DNA of 64,000 nt from Octopus vulgaris (lineage: Eukaryota): the NCBI GenBank assembly GCA_951406725.2, contig OX597819.1, positions 81,716,001 to 81,780,000 on the forward strand, written 5' to 3'. Made by a program: the position numbers and the translations under genes. Under the pieces are notes generated by a model that saw nothing but the letters and a program-made list of their open reading frames with translations, did no database searches and was not told the DNA's origin. Every line of letters starts with the position of its first letter. The stretch's first letter is position 1. Of the stretch, positions 42,954-55,121 are shown one piece after another.

Positions 42954-43032
42954 ATGTCGAGTTCGGCAACTCATAAAACGTGTTGAATTATTTTATGATG
43001 TTAATTCACCTTATCCATAGTTAGCTTTCGAG
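42954..43032 (+). pseudogene. GSTK1: glutathione S-transferase kappa exon 1, disrupted
   Basis: KRVELFYDVNSPYP*LAFE then GTAAGT, versus GSTK1 RTVELFYDVLSPYSWLGFE; Trp codon is TAG (43018-43020) and the ATG at 42954 is one base out of frame. Confidence 0.8.
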
Positions 43033-44312
43033 GTAAGTATGAATGCTATTATTGCTGTTTAGTGAAAATGAAAAAAAAAAAAAGAAAATTTATTAGTGGT
43101 AGCTAATTCGGAAGGTGGAGTGCGAGATGTTTATAAAACATGAATTTTAAAATTTCATTAAAGGTTAAAAAAAAAAAAAAAAGATCCCCCACTCCATCAC
43201 CGTTTCTTTCTTTTCTTTTTTTTTTTTTTTTTGAAATGTTGGATGCTAAAAAAATTTGTAAAAATTACGAAAAAATCAAAAACGGAGAAATTCCGGGACG
43301 GCTATACCGAAAGTTCCAGTCCTAATCAAAGTTAAATTTGATCAACAATATCTTCCTCCATAAAAAAAAGACGTTTGTAGTTTTGTGTTAATATTAGAAA
43401 TAAACATGAAATTTGAGTGAAAACAGTCGATTCCTACAATTCGATGGTGAATTAGATGTCGTTATTTCAGTTGACACCGAAATTCAACTCCCGGTGTAAC
43501 CCGAAATATATACATAACAGAAAACAAAACCCGAAATAAAATCTGAATGGTATGTAGATTCTATGTTTATTGCTTTATTAATCAACTATATTAATTTTAT
43601 AATAATTTAAATACCTGAAAACTCTGTAAAAATATATTTGGATCAAGTTTTATATTTCTAATTTCTTAAAATAATGCAGATTTTCATGTCATTGCAAAGG
43701 TCATAAAGACACCGGTACTCGTTGTCGTTTATCAATTAACATTGATCGAACAAATCTGTGATCAAAGGTATTTCTAGCTGTAGTAAATTATCCCGTCTTA
43801 GTTGTCGCATCCAGTACACCTTATTATTCCAATGAGCCACTTTTCTAAAGGCAGTAACAAGCAATTTAAGGGAGCTTGGTTGCTATTTTGTTGACGCGTG
43901 CTTCATTTGAACCCTAACTTCTTTATTAGGTTTTATGATACAAAACTAAAATATAGATACTTATATTTACCTATCTTATGATGTTTTGATGTAGAGGTTA
44001 ATGTTTATAAAAGACATAATTATATTTATGTTTGCAATTTAGTTGAGGAAAAAGTTTGGAATTGTAGTAAAATCGGCATAGACTTCGTTTCTTACATAAT
44101 CTTGTGAAAAATTCCTAATTCTGAACGAAATTTTCCCGAGATACGTTTCATCAGGTGTAGATTACGATTATGTCAGAACTTTTGGAGGGAGGAGAGGAGT
44201 TTCGAATAATTCAAATATTTTATAATGGGCATGAAGGTTTAGATACCTGAGAAGTATCTCCTCCCATTATAATTGTTTTGCAGTTTCAAGGAGCTGGAAC
44301 GGGTCGCCGATT

Positions 44313-45219
44313 TGTGACGTCCGTGCGAAGCGAGGTGATGAGAATGGCTCCTTAGTACATCACACGGTCGATACTATAAATATAAATAGAAGAATGCATA
44401 TATGTGCCAGAGGGAAATAAGAGACACAACCGGGTAGAATGTTTAAGAGAAGATTTATTGATAGGTTAACATGTGTGATTGTGTGGGCGTCATATATACA
44501 GAATAATAAACAGGCCGTCATAAAAATAAGATGTATGTGTGTGTATGTAAGCATAGACATATGCATGTTAATAGCATATAAGGATGGCGATGAAGAGGAG
44601 ACAGAGAGTCTATAGCCAGCGAAGTGATAAGTAAGTTCATAGACACAAGAATGATAAGTACCAGTTCATAGTCAATTGTACACAATAGTTGAAATCAAGA
44701 GGTTGCGACGATGATGCAGAGCCGGTTGTGGTACATGTTGTACGTGAAGTTGTGGCTGAGATGCTGCTGCCTGGGTCACTTGGTACAGGAGTTTTGCAGG
44801 TTGTATTTTCACTGTTGATCCATGGTGAAGTAGTTCATGAACAGTGCAGTGTTGTAACCTGGGCAAGTATGTAAAGAGATGTTGACGTTAGGATGAATGG
44901 TGGCAACGGAGATGGAGGTCACCAAATGCTGTTGGACGAAGTTGGTGAGTCTCCACGTAGCTGATGTTGTGTTGTCGCTGAAACTGGCAGTGTCTTGTGT
45001 GGTCAGCAGCTAGACCTTAAAAGGTGTGGAACTGAAAGACCTCGCGACGAGGAAAAGTTAGGTTTTTAATAAGGAGTTGTAGGCTCAGCTGAGGCAGAAA
45101 ACAGGCTGTCACACATGACCTTATTTGAAGGCTGCAATTGGTTGGGTTGCATATTGGCACATGATAGAGCAAGAGACAAATTGCGCCAATACCAACCAAT
45201 CAGAGTAGTGGATACAACA
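44313..45219 (-). mobile_element. probable LTR with PBS-like stub
   Basis: Minus strand starts TGTTG and ends GTCACA, followed by aa-TCGGCGACCC (close to a TGGCGACC PBS); TATA-like TTATTAAAA, TCAGTT and AATAAA in LTR order; CpG-rich; no TSD seen, right boundary uncertain. Confidence 0.45.
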
Positions 45220-47336
45220 GGGTCCGAAATGTGGCCAAAGGCTCGTTGTTATCAACTACGTTTGTATGTATGTATATATATAGAAAGGAGAGGAATTTCA
45301 TTCAAGTGCACGTTACAACCGCAACATTGTTTTGTCATAACTTTCAGAAAAAATGGATATTTTGAAATGAAATTTCTTTCAAATGCATTTCAAATATTGT
45401 AGATTACAATTTAGTGGGAGAAAAAAAATGGAGGTGAGTGGGTTTCGAATATTCCACACCCTGACTTTGTTTTCTTATACATTTTGATTAGGTGTATGAA
45501 TTATCCGCTCCCTACTCCCAACTAGCTAAAACTCTCTTATGAAGGAAATGATAGAGGACCAAGATATGTGATGCATTACTGTACTCAAGATGACCTGCCC
45601 ACCGCAACAGAAATGAGGTCTTAAAAACAAGATGCCACATAAAAAGCATTGGTGTGGGTGCTGGTACCATGTAAAAAGCATTGGTTTGTGCCACATAAAA
45701 AGTACTTGTGACGGTGCCATACAAAAAGCAACCAGTATATTCTATTAAGTAGTTGGCGTTAGGAAGGGCACCCAGCTGTAGAAACTAAGTCTAAACAGAC
45801 TATGGTACCTGGTGCAGCCCCTGACCTTGCCAGTTCCTGACAAACCATCTAGCCCATGCCAGCATGGAAAATGGACATTAAAATGCTGCAGGTAATGATG
45901 TAGTGTCTAACATTGACTGTAGTCCAATGACTGAATTCAGTAAAACAATAAAATATTTCAGCACTATGACCAGATGAAAAAGTTATTTTTTATTTTATCT
46001 GTTTTTAGTGTGTTTATTTAACTCTTTTAATACCTATCCACTCAAGCCTGCTTCTACTTCTAGGCTAAAACCACCGGTTCATATTTAGATATTAAAACCT
46101 TCTCTTCTAAGCATTTTGTTATATTCCAAGCACTAGTTTAATAATGAGTGTATTATTCATTTTAGTAAATCCCCATGAACTTTTAAAATCAGTTAACGTT
46201 CACTTTTCCATGCTTACGTGGGTCAGACAAGATTTGTTGAGGCAGATTATGTATGGCTTGATGCCATACAACCATCACCTATTTCCAAATAAGGTAGTAT
46301 TTACCCACAAACATGCTTTTCCCACAATACTGGAAATGAACAACCCTGTTTGTATGAGAGCACTGCTTGTTTACAACAATGACGTGATGTCTAGACAAGT
46401 GTAACCAGAGATACATACATACACACACTTGCATACACACACACACACACACAATTTCATTCAGTTTCTGTCTACCAGATCAACTCACAAGGAAGTGTTT
46501 GGTATAGAAGTGACTTGCCCAAGATTCCACACTGCAGGACAACCCAAGACCACTTGGTTAGAAAGCCATATCTATTCTTATTAATGTTTTCAAAATTAAG
46601 ATAGGTGCAGGCTTGGGTGTGGGTGTGTAGTGAGAAGCTTGCTTCTCAACTACATGGTTCTGGGTTTAGTCCCACTGCATAGCACCTTGGGCAGGTGTCT
46701 TCCATTATAGTGTTAGACCAACCAAAGCTTTGTCAGTGGATTTGGTAGATGGAAACAGAAAGAAGCCCATCATATATATATTCTTTTATTCTTATACTTG
46801 TTTCAGTCATTTGATTGTGGCCATGGTAGAGTACTGCACATATCGAACAGATCGACCTCAAGACTTATTCTTTGTAAGCCTAGTACTTATTCTATCAGTC
46901 TCTTTTGCTGAACTGCTAAGTTACAGGGACGTAAACATGCCAACATCGGTTGTCAAGTGATGGTGGGTGGGTGCGACAAACACAGCCACACAAACATATG
47001 CATATATATATATATATATATACATATACGATGGGCTTTCAGTTTCCGTCTACCAAATCCACTCACAAGGCTTTGGTTGGCCTGAGGCTATAGTAAAAGA
47101 CACTTGCCCAAGGTGCCACATAGTGGAATTGAACCCAGAACCATGTGGTTTGGAAACAAGCTTCTTACCACACAGCCACACCAGCAGCTATGGTTCTGGG
47201 TTCAGTTTCACTGCATGGCACCTTGCTATAGCCTCAGGCCGACCAAAGCCTTGTGAGTGGAAACATAAATGTGTATATGTTTCTGTATGATTATCCCCAC
47301 TCCATCGCTTGACAACCGATGTTGGTGTGTTTATGT

Positions 47337-48187
47337 ATATCTGTGCAAGAGAGGCATCTACGCTGGTATGGACACGTAGTAAGAATGGATGAAGATAGTT
47401 GTGTGAAAAAGTGCCACACCCTAGTGGTTGAGGGAACCTGTGGAAGAGGTAGACCCAGGAAAACCTGGGACGAGGTGGTGAAGAATGACCTTCGCGCTTT
47501 AGGTCTCACCGAGGAAATGACCAGAGACCAAGACCTTTGGAAGTATGCTGTGCGTGAGAAGACCCGGCAGGACATGTGAGGCCATAACCCATGGCCCCTA
47601 CCTGGGACGTAGTCAGTCCACCTGTGCATACCTTCCTTCTTGGGACACATAACTCTACTTGTGAAGACCTGTTGAGGCAAGTGAAAACCAAATCAAATCA
47701 AAATCATCGATGAACATCAATGGAATTTGTAGTTTTGTGGTACCAGTGCCGGTGGCACATAAGAAAACCATCCGAACGTGGCCGTAGCCAGTACCGCATC
47801 GACTGGCCTCTGTGCTGGTGGCACGTAACAAACACCATCTGATCGTGGCCGTGCCAGCCTCGCCTGGCCTCCGTGCCGGTGGCACGTAAAAAACAACATC
47901 CGAGCGTGGCCGTTCGCCAGCCTCGTCTGGCACCTGTGTCCGTGGCGCATAAAAAAAAAAACACCATCCGAGCGTTGCCGTTCGCCAGCCTCGTCTGGTA
48001 CCTGTGTTGGTGGCACATAAAAAGCACCCACTACACTCACGGAGTGGTTGGTGTTAGGAAGGGCATCCAGCTGTAGAAACACTGCCAGATCTGACTGGCC
48101 TGGTGCAGCCTTCGGGCTTCCCAGACCCCAGTTGAACCGTCCAACCCATGCTAGCATGGAAAGCGGACGTTAAACGATGATGATGAT
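47337..48187 (+). mobile_element. 5'-truncated RTE LINE copy
   Basis: VQERHLRWYGHVVRMDEDSCVKKC...GRPRKTWDEVVKNDL; same 3' UTR and (GAT)n tail as 36289-38711. Further tails at 45600-45900(+) and 48972-49310(-). Confidence 0.93.
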
Positions 48188-49521
48188 GTGTGTGTCTGTG
48201 TGAGACCCTCCCATCACTGCCTGACAATTGGTGTTGGTGTGTTTTTGTCCCTGTAACTTAGTAGCTTGGCAAAAGAGACCGATAAAATAAGTAGTAGGCT
48301 TTAAAAATTAAGTCTTGGGATTGACTTCTTTGGCTAAAACTCTTCAAGGTGGTACTCTAGCATGGCTGCAGCCAAATGACTGATACAAGTAAAAGAATAA
48401 AAAAATTAATACACTGAATATTCATTTTACTAGAAACATGGTTGTATATTAAACTTCATCATCATCATCATCCTCATCGTTTAACATCTGCCTTCCATGC
48501 TGGCATGTGTGGGATAGTTTGACAAGAGCTGGCCAGGCAGAAGCCTGCACCAGACTTCTGTAACTGTTTTGGCAGGACAGGAACTTTATGGCTGGATGCC
48601 CTTCCTAACATCAACCACTCAGCAGAGTGGACTTAGTGCTTTTTACGTGACTCAAGCACAGGGGAGGTCAGTTTTTGGCAAGGTTTTTACAGCTGAATGC
48701 CTTTCCAAATGTCAACCACTTTACAGTGTGGACCAGGTGCTTTTAAGTGGCACTAACAGGGTTACCAAATACTTGCAAGACAAAAAAAAATCTCTTTTGA
48801 GAGGGGAGGGGGGATTGGAGGAGGTAATCTTGTGTTGTGTCAGATGATGAAAGGTTATAGTGTGACAGAGAGACAGAAACAGGTGTCTTTCTGTTGAGGA
48901 GGTACAAGGTTACCTGGCCAGAGAGAGAAAGAGAGAGAGAGAGAGATCAGGAATGAAGACAGGAGCAGGTGCATCATCATTTAGCGTCCACTTTCCATGC
49001 TAGCATGGGTTGGACGGTTCATCTGGAGTCTGGGAAGCCAGAAGGCTGCACCAGGCCCAGTCTGATCTGGCAATGTTTCTACGGCTGGATGCCCTTCCTA
49101 ACACCAACCACTCCGTGAGTGTAGTGGGTGCTTTTTATGTGCCACCGGCACAGGGGCCAGGAGAGGCTGGCAACGGCCTCGATCGGATGGTGCTTTTTAC
49201 GTGCTACCGGCACGAGGCCAGTTGGGGGCGGTGCTGGCAACGGCCACGTTCAGATGGTTCTCTTACGTACCACCAGCACTGGTATCACAGCTGCAATTTC
49301 CATTGATGTGTTGCAATTAAACGTATATAAAACAAATTAATATTTACCGTAATGACAAAATTATCTGTTGTAGTTTATTTTCTTCAATTAAATTTGTTAT
49401 TTTTTAAAAATAAATTAAATTTGTTATTTTTTAAAAATAAATTTTTGAAGTGTGGGTTAGAACTTTTGATAACATTGAAAAACTAAAATTTCTCTATCTT
49501 ACATTTTTTAAAAGGCATGAA

Positions 49522-49610
49522 ATGGCACGAAGACTTCAGCGATCACTCAACAAAATTTTTTATCCCCTAAGTTTCATTGGAACAATTGCTGGTGCTTCAG
49601 TATTGCTTAA
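49522..49610 (+). CDS. RDH13: RDH13-like SDR, coding exon 1
   Basis: MARRLQRSLNKIFYPLSFIGTIAGASVLLK versus RDH13 LLPLSALGTVAGAAVLLK; GTAAGT donor; AG acceptor at 49513-49514 implies an upstream UTR exon. Confidence 0.9.
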
Positions 49611-49716
49611 GTAAGTTCTTTATAATTGATTGTGTGCAGCTAATTAATTATTTAAGATATCTATTATGTATGCATATCCTCCTCCTCCTCCTCATCATCA
49701 TTATTGCCAATTAATG

Positions 49717-51008
49717 AAACCACATAACTAATTTAATCTCCAAATAAAAAATCCAAACAACCCAGATAATATCTAAACAGAAACCATATAATCATGTTGA
49801 CTGATATCTAAACAACAAGATTACTTTAACTGGTTTATCTTCAAATATCAAAATCATATAAGCTTAACCTTCAAATAACAAAACCACATATAAACTCGAT
49901 AGCAAAACTACACATCCTGTTTAACTTCCAAATTAGAAATCCATATGAGCTGGTTAATATTTAAATATCAAAACCATGTCATCATCATTTTAACATCCAT
50001 TTGTGTATGCTTTCATGGGTCAGATGGAATTTGTTGCGGTAAATTTTCTACAGCTGGATGCTCTTCATGTCATCTGTTCTCAACTAAAGTAATATTTCCC
50101 CATGACCAAACATGTTTTTGAGGAAGTTTGGTAAAGAAGGATACTTTTTGTATGATGGTGACACTCATTTACAACTACCCTGTGATATCAAGACAAGGAG
50201 ATAGTAACACACACAATGGGCTTTTGTCAGCTTCCATCTACCATATGTACTCAAGGCCTTGGTTGACCCAGGGCGATAGTAGAAGACATTTGCCCAAGGT
50301 GTCACATAGTGGGCATGAACCTGGAACCATGTAAGCAAACTTCTTACCACACAGTGACTCTTATAACAAAACTACATATCCTAGTTAATATCCAAATAAC
50401 AAAGCCATGTAAACTGGTTAATATTTACCATAAATCCTCGAGTATAGTCTGCCCTTGAGTATAATACACAAGGGATTTTTAGGGGGCTGTACCTCTGAAA
50501 AACCTAAACCTTGTGTATAATATGCACCCCTTCTCTAACTTGAGTCATGCGTAATTAAGCCAGCAGGACCTAGTCAAACAAACACTTTCACGCATGCATA
50601 ATACAATAATGGTGATGTTCTTAACTGTTATATGGGAATGTAAATATGTTTGCAAATTGTTTTTGTTACATGTTATTCTGTGTTCTGAATACTTTTATTT
50701 TAATAAACGTTGGTTACTGCAAGTTATAGATGATTCTTTTATGACTTCATTGCTTTCAGGCTTAGGTATAGGTATTTTCACATCTGACATCACAAAATGC
50801 ATCTGAATAAACATTGCCGGACAGCAAATAGAGATTCAGACATTGCTTAGAAAATATTTTTCATTTTTAACCTCATATATAGTATGCACTAGGGATTTTG
50901 ACCTTTAAATTTTTGGAAAAAAATGCAATTATACTTGAGGATTTACAGTAAGTAACAAAACCTCATAAGTTCTAAGAAAACTACATATACTGGCTAATAT
51001 CCAAGTAC
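49717..51008. repeat. degenerate ~33-bp minisatellite split by two insertions
   Basis: Units resembling AAACCACATAAACTGGTTAATATCCAAATAAC at 49717-49980, 50367-50427 and 50951-51008. Confidence 0.7.
50428..50948. mobile_element. Tc1/mariner-superfamily (Tc2/pogo-like) MITE
   Basis: TA TSD; TIRs CCATAAATCCTCGAGTATA / TATACTTGAGGATTTACAG. Confidence 0.85.
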
Positions 51009-51122
51009 ATAATCATTTATTGTATCAGTCAGTCTCCAGTTTTCTTACACCAGTCTAATTTATGCCTTAAGATTTAAATCAGAAAAACTAACTATTGGAG
51101 TTATATGTTTTTATTTTGTTAG

Positions 51123-51241
51123 GGACTATCTTGGTGGTTCCAAATATGAAGGGAAAGAGAAGATTGCTGGTAAGACAGTTGTCATAACTGGAGCCAACAG
51201 TGGCATTGGGAAGGCTGTTGCTACAGGTCTGGCAAATAAAC
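51123..51241 (+). CDS. RDH13: RDH13-like exon 2 (Rossmann TGxxxGxG)
   Basis: DYLGGSKYEGKEKIAGKTVVITGANSGIGKAVATGLANK; TAG/GTGAGT. Confidence 0.96.
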
Positions 51242-51707
51242 GTGAGTTTATTTCTTTCATTTATATTTCAATTACATACCCCACTGACTCTCCATCAACT
51301 TGACCCTCTATCATACTTTAGCCTTGGTATAAAGCCACCTCCTCGCTTCCTTGAACACACCACCTCATTTAGTAGCTGGAGTTATTTCCCCTTTTCTCTC
51401 TCTCTCTGTCTTGCAAGTTACGTAACACCTTTACTAGGCCAATGGTTGGCATTAGGAAGGGCATCCAACTGCGGAAATTATTCCAAAGCTGACTCTGGAG
51501 CTTGAAGAAACCTTGCAGCTTGCCAAATCCTGTTAAAGTGTTCAATCCATGCCAACATGGAAAACATGTTAAAGTGAGATTTTTCTGTAACAAATGCTCC
51601 ATAAATGACTAAACTATATTAGCTTTAAATGTTATATTGGATTGAAATAATTTATGGAGTGTTAAAATACATTTAAATCTGAAGAAATGTATGTATTTCT
51701 TTTCTAG

Positions 51708-51863
51708 GTGGAAGGATAATTCTTGCCTGTCGTAACATGGAACGATGTGCTGAAGCTCAGAAAGAAATCATACACCAGACTGCCAACTTAAATATTCACT
51801 GCAGAAAACTAGATCTTGCTTCCATCAAATCTATTAAGGCATTTGCTGATGCATTTAACAAAA
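51708..51863 (+). CDS. RDH13: RDH13-like exon 3
   Basis: RGRIILACRNMERC...HCRKLDLASIKSIKAFA; TAG/GTAAGT. Confidence 0.96.
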
Positions 51864-52262
51864 GTAAGTGACTGCTTTTTTTTTTGTTTACTGAAATGCA
51901 CACACACATGCACACATTAAATCAAAGACTGGAATTTATGATATTGTCTTTTATTCTTTATGATCATTTCTACACAATATGGGAAATACATTTCATAACT
52001 GTAAATATCAATATGAGTATAAATGAATTCATAATATTGTAATTATATATTTTTTACAAGTATGTAATTCATAGGCATTTCCTTGGACGAAGTCTTTTCT
52101 TTAAGATAAACCATCTACAGATATACAATCTTTTAAGTGATATTTGCAGAAATGCTTACTGCAGAGCCAGCTCAGCTCTTAATCCCTTTTACTTGATATA
52201 TGTACAAAACATACATGTTTTAGTCTAAAATACTTAGATAACTGGGCTATTTATTTTTTCAG

Positions 52263-52367
52263 CTGAAAACCGTTTAGACATTCTAATTAACAATGCAGGG
52301 GTGATGTGCACTCCTAAATCCTTAACTGAAGATGGTTTTGAACAACAGCTAGGAGTAAATTATTTAG
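52263..52367 (+). CDS. RDH13: RDH13-like exon 4 (NNAG)
   Basis: [34 protein letters not shown]; CAG/GTAAGT. Confidence 0.97.
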
Positions 52368-53064
52368 GTAAGTTGATTATATTTTTGACACAGCTTTATC
52401 TTCTCAAGTGTAAAAGAAAACAAAAAAAAAAAACCACTACATTTTAACATCATTTCAGTAGGAAAACAAAGACAATAGAAATTAGATTTCTTCTGAAAGA
52501 AATGTTACTGAGCCATAAATTTCAACAAAACACTTAACTGATATTGTTATTTTAGTTTTTTGTCACACATTCTGTGACCTCTCCAATGACTGTCTGTCCC
52601 ATGGAATAAGCAGAACAAGTGAAGACACATGAGATAAAGAATCACTGAAGAGGTCACAAGATGTGTGACAAAGAGCTTTGATAAAGAAACTGAAGCAATG
52701 GTAATAAAGCTGAAGTGAAGGCCAAATATATAATGTCTGTTTAATTGGCAAAATATGACTTTCTCCAAGTATAACAATATCTGTTTCAACACATGATTTC
52801 ACATCTGCAATCTTGCAAAAGAAATACTTAAATAATATTATCACTAATCAGTCAAGTATAAGGTTAGATTGTTAAGGAATTATTTTACATAAATTAGAAT
52901 GTTGCATAAAAGCACAAATTAGCATCAACTGAAAATTTGTGTCTTCATATTATTCTTCCCTTCACCATATCTGCATTATTATTTTTATTTGTGATTTATT
53001 TGCTGAAATCAATTCAGTATGAAATTTGTTGTTGAAAATTCAATATTTTTGTTAAATTTTGCAG

Positions 53065-53274
53065 GCCATTTCTTACTGACAGTTTTACTTTTGGACAAAT
53101 TAAAAAAATCTGCACCAAGTCGTATTCTGAATATTTGTAGTCATTCTTTTAAAAACGGTTCCATGAACTGGCAGGATTTGAATAGTGCACAGAAGTATGA
53201 TGACCGTGAAGCATTTTACCAAAGTCACCTAGCAAAAGTTCTCTTCACAACTGAACTTGGCAGACAACTTGAAG
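53065..53274 (+). CDS. RDH13: RDH13-like exon 5 (active-site helix, atypical)
   Basis: GHFLLTVLLLDKLKKSAPSRILNICSH...KYDDREAFYQSHLAKVLFTTELGRQLE; CAG/GTAAAT. Confidence 0.96.
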
Positions 53275-53750
53275 GTAAATAGTCATTATGTATCTTATAA
53301 TGCCAACATAACTAAACAAAATATTTTGGGGGTTTATTTAAACCTTTAACATTCAAATTGGTCATATCCAATTCAAATTTTCTGTTTTATGTTTAAAGCA
53401 GCCGCATCTGGCCTTTCACACATGCCCTACAATGTCATCCTAAAAAATAAACAACCACATCGCCAAATAATGCAGGACTCATTCAAAACAATGTGAATAA
53501 TATGCTTTACATTTGACAGAGTAACTGACTGCTAAATGGTTAAAATCTAAGCTATGTTAATCTCTTTTTTTTTTATTTTACATTTTTTATGATACTACTT
53601 GAATTTATTTATCTTTTTGACAAATATAATTTTTACAAACACTAAAATTATCAATTAGTCTTCAGCTATATATATATCAATAATAATAATAATAATGATT
53701 ATAACGAAGTAGCATCGCACTACCTTTAATTCATTTATGTATACAGCTTT

Positions 53751-53781
<31 letters not shown>

Positions 53782-53865
53782 GTATATGTTATATGCATTC
53801 AGTGAAAGTCAATATCAAATAAGATGTTTTAGAGTTTCTAATGATTTTCTTTTCTTCTCACTTAG

Positions 53866-54073
53866 GTTCTGGAGTTACTGTAAATGCTGTCTACCCAGGT
53901 GTTACTAATACAAATCTAGGCACCCATCTTGGAATCAATAAATCATATATTTCTAGTATATTATTGTGGCCTGTTAAATGGATCTTACTGAAAACTCCTA
54001 TGCAAGGTGCACAAACAGCATTATTTTGCAGTGTTGACCCCAGCCTTGAAACTGTTTCAGGACACTACTTCTG
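53866..54073 (+). CDS. RDH13: RDH13-like exon 6
   Basis: GSGVTVNAVYPGVTNTNLGTH...WILLKTPMQGAQT...VSGHYF; TAG/GTATGG. Confidence 0.95.
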
Positions 54074-54421
54074 GTATGGTTAACTCTGTTTTATTTTTAA
54101 TATTTTCAATAATCCTGATTGATAAAAGGTTTCAACCTAGCAGAATTGTTACCATGCCGGGCAGAATGCTTAGCAGTATTTGGTCTGTCTTTATATTCAG
54201 AGTTTGAATTCTATTGAGATCGACTTTGCCTTTCATTCTTCTGGGGTCGATAAAATAAGTACCAGTTGAGCACTGGTGGTTGATATAATCAAATTGCCCC
54301 ATCTCCCAAAAATTGCTGGCCTTGTGCCAAATTTTTTTATATTTTTACTCATCTATCTCTTATTTCATCTGAATATCTGTTTATTTGGTGAACAACAGCA
54401 TAATCAATAATTATAAATTTC

Positions 54422-54821
54422 GAATCTTTTCAGTTTGAACAGCAGTTTTTTTCTAGCGGTGTCATATGAAATTGTCTCTCATAATTATGACCCTAGAATC
54501 GATCTATTGCATTTCAATCTCTTTTAGGGTTAGGGGTGGGGGAAGGGTATCTTTTTTTCTTCACAAATGTAAATAAACCCAATCTGTTTCTTAAACGAGG
54601 GACATATTCATACGGCACAGAATGCTTTTTAACTCAATAGACGTATTTGATTGGTTGAAATTGCCAAAATTGAAGAAAATATCTTACAAACTATAGAATT
54701 TTCTCAATAAAGCCAAGAGAAAAAGATGTTTTATAAACACATTCTACCAGTATACGAAGTTTAAAATTTTTTAGTTACCTAGAAATTATGTTAAAAACTG
54801 CCGTTCAAACTGAAAAGATCC
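54422..54821. mobile_element. MITE with 8-bp TSD (hAT/P-like)
   Basis: TIRs ATCTTTTCAGTTTGAACAGCAGTTTTT / AAAAACTGCCGTTCAAACTGAAAAGAT; flanks taaatttc / tagatttc. Confidence 0.88.
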
Positions 54822-55024
54822 TAGATTTCTAATGAGCCAGCCACTGGTTCATGACATTTCTGATGGTGAGAATGACAAGAGAGCATTGATGGAATTTTTA
54901 TTTGAAGCTTTGGGCTGATCAAAGTCTTGTGAGTGGATTTGGTATATGAAAATTAAAAGATTTGTATGTTTATAATCGATCATATAGAAAGCTTGGAAAG
55001 ACAACTGTTTTTTATTTTTTTCAG

Positions 55025-55121
55025 CAACAACAAAGAGATGGAGTTTCCAACAAATGCTTTAGATACAGAAGCAGCCAAAAGACTGTGGCTTATTAGTGAA
55101 AAGTGGATGGGAATAAATTAA
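55025..55121 (+). CDS. RDH13: RDH13-like last coding exon
   Basis: CNNKEMEFPTNALDTEAAKRLWLISEKWMGIN*; CAG acceptor; AATAAA at 55151-55156. Confidence 0.95.

Noticed and set aside
47746-48028. CRISPR-like repeat-spacer array
   Set aside because: Eukaryotic context, the spacers are homologous to each other, it is part of a LINE 3' UTR, and there are no cas genes.
54523-54535. Interstitial telomere (TTAGGG)2
   Set aside because: Only two units, inside a MITE.
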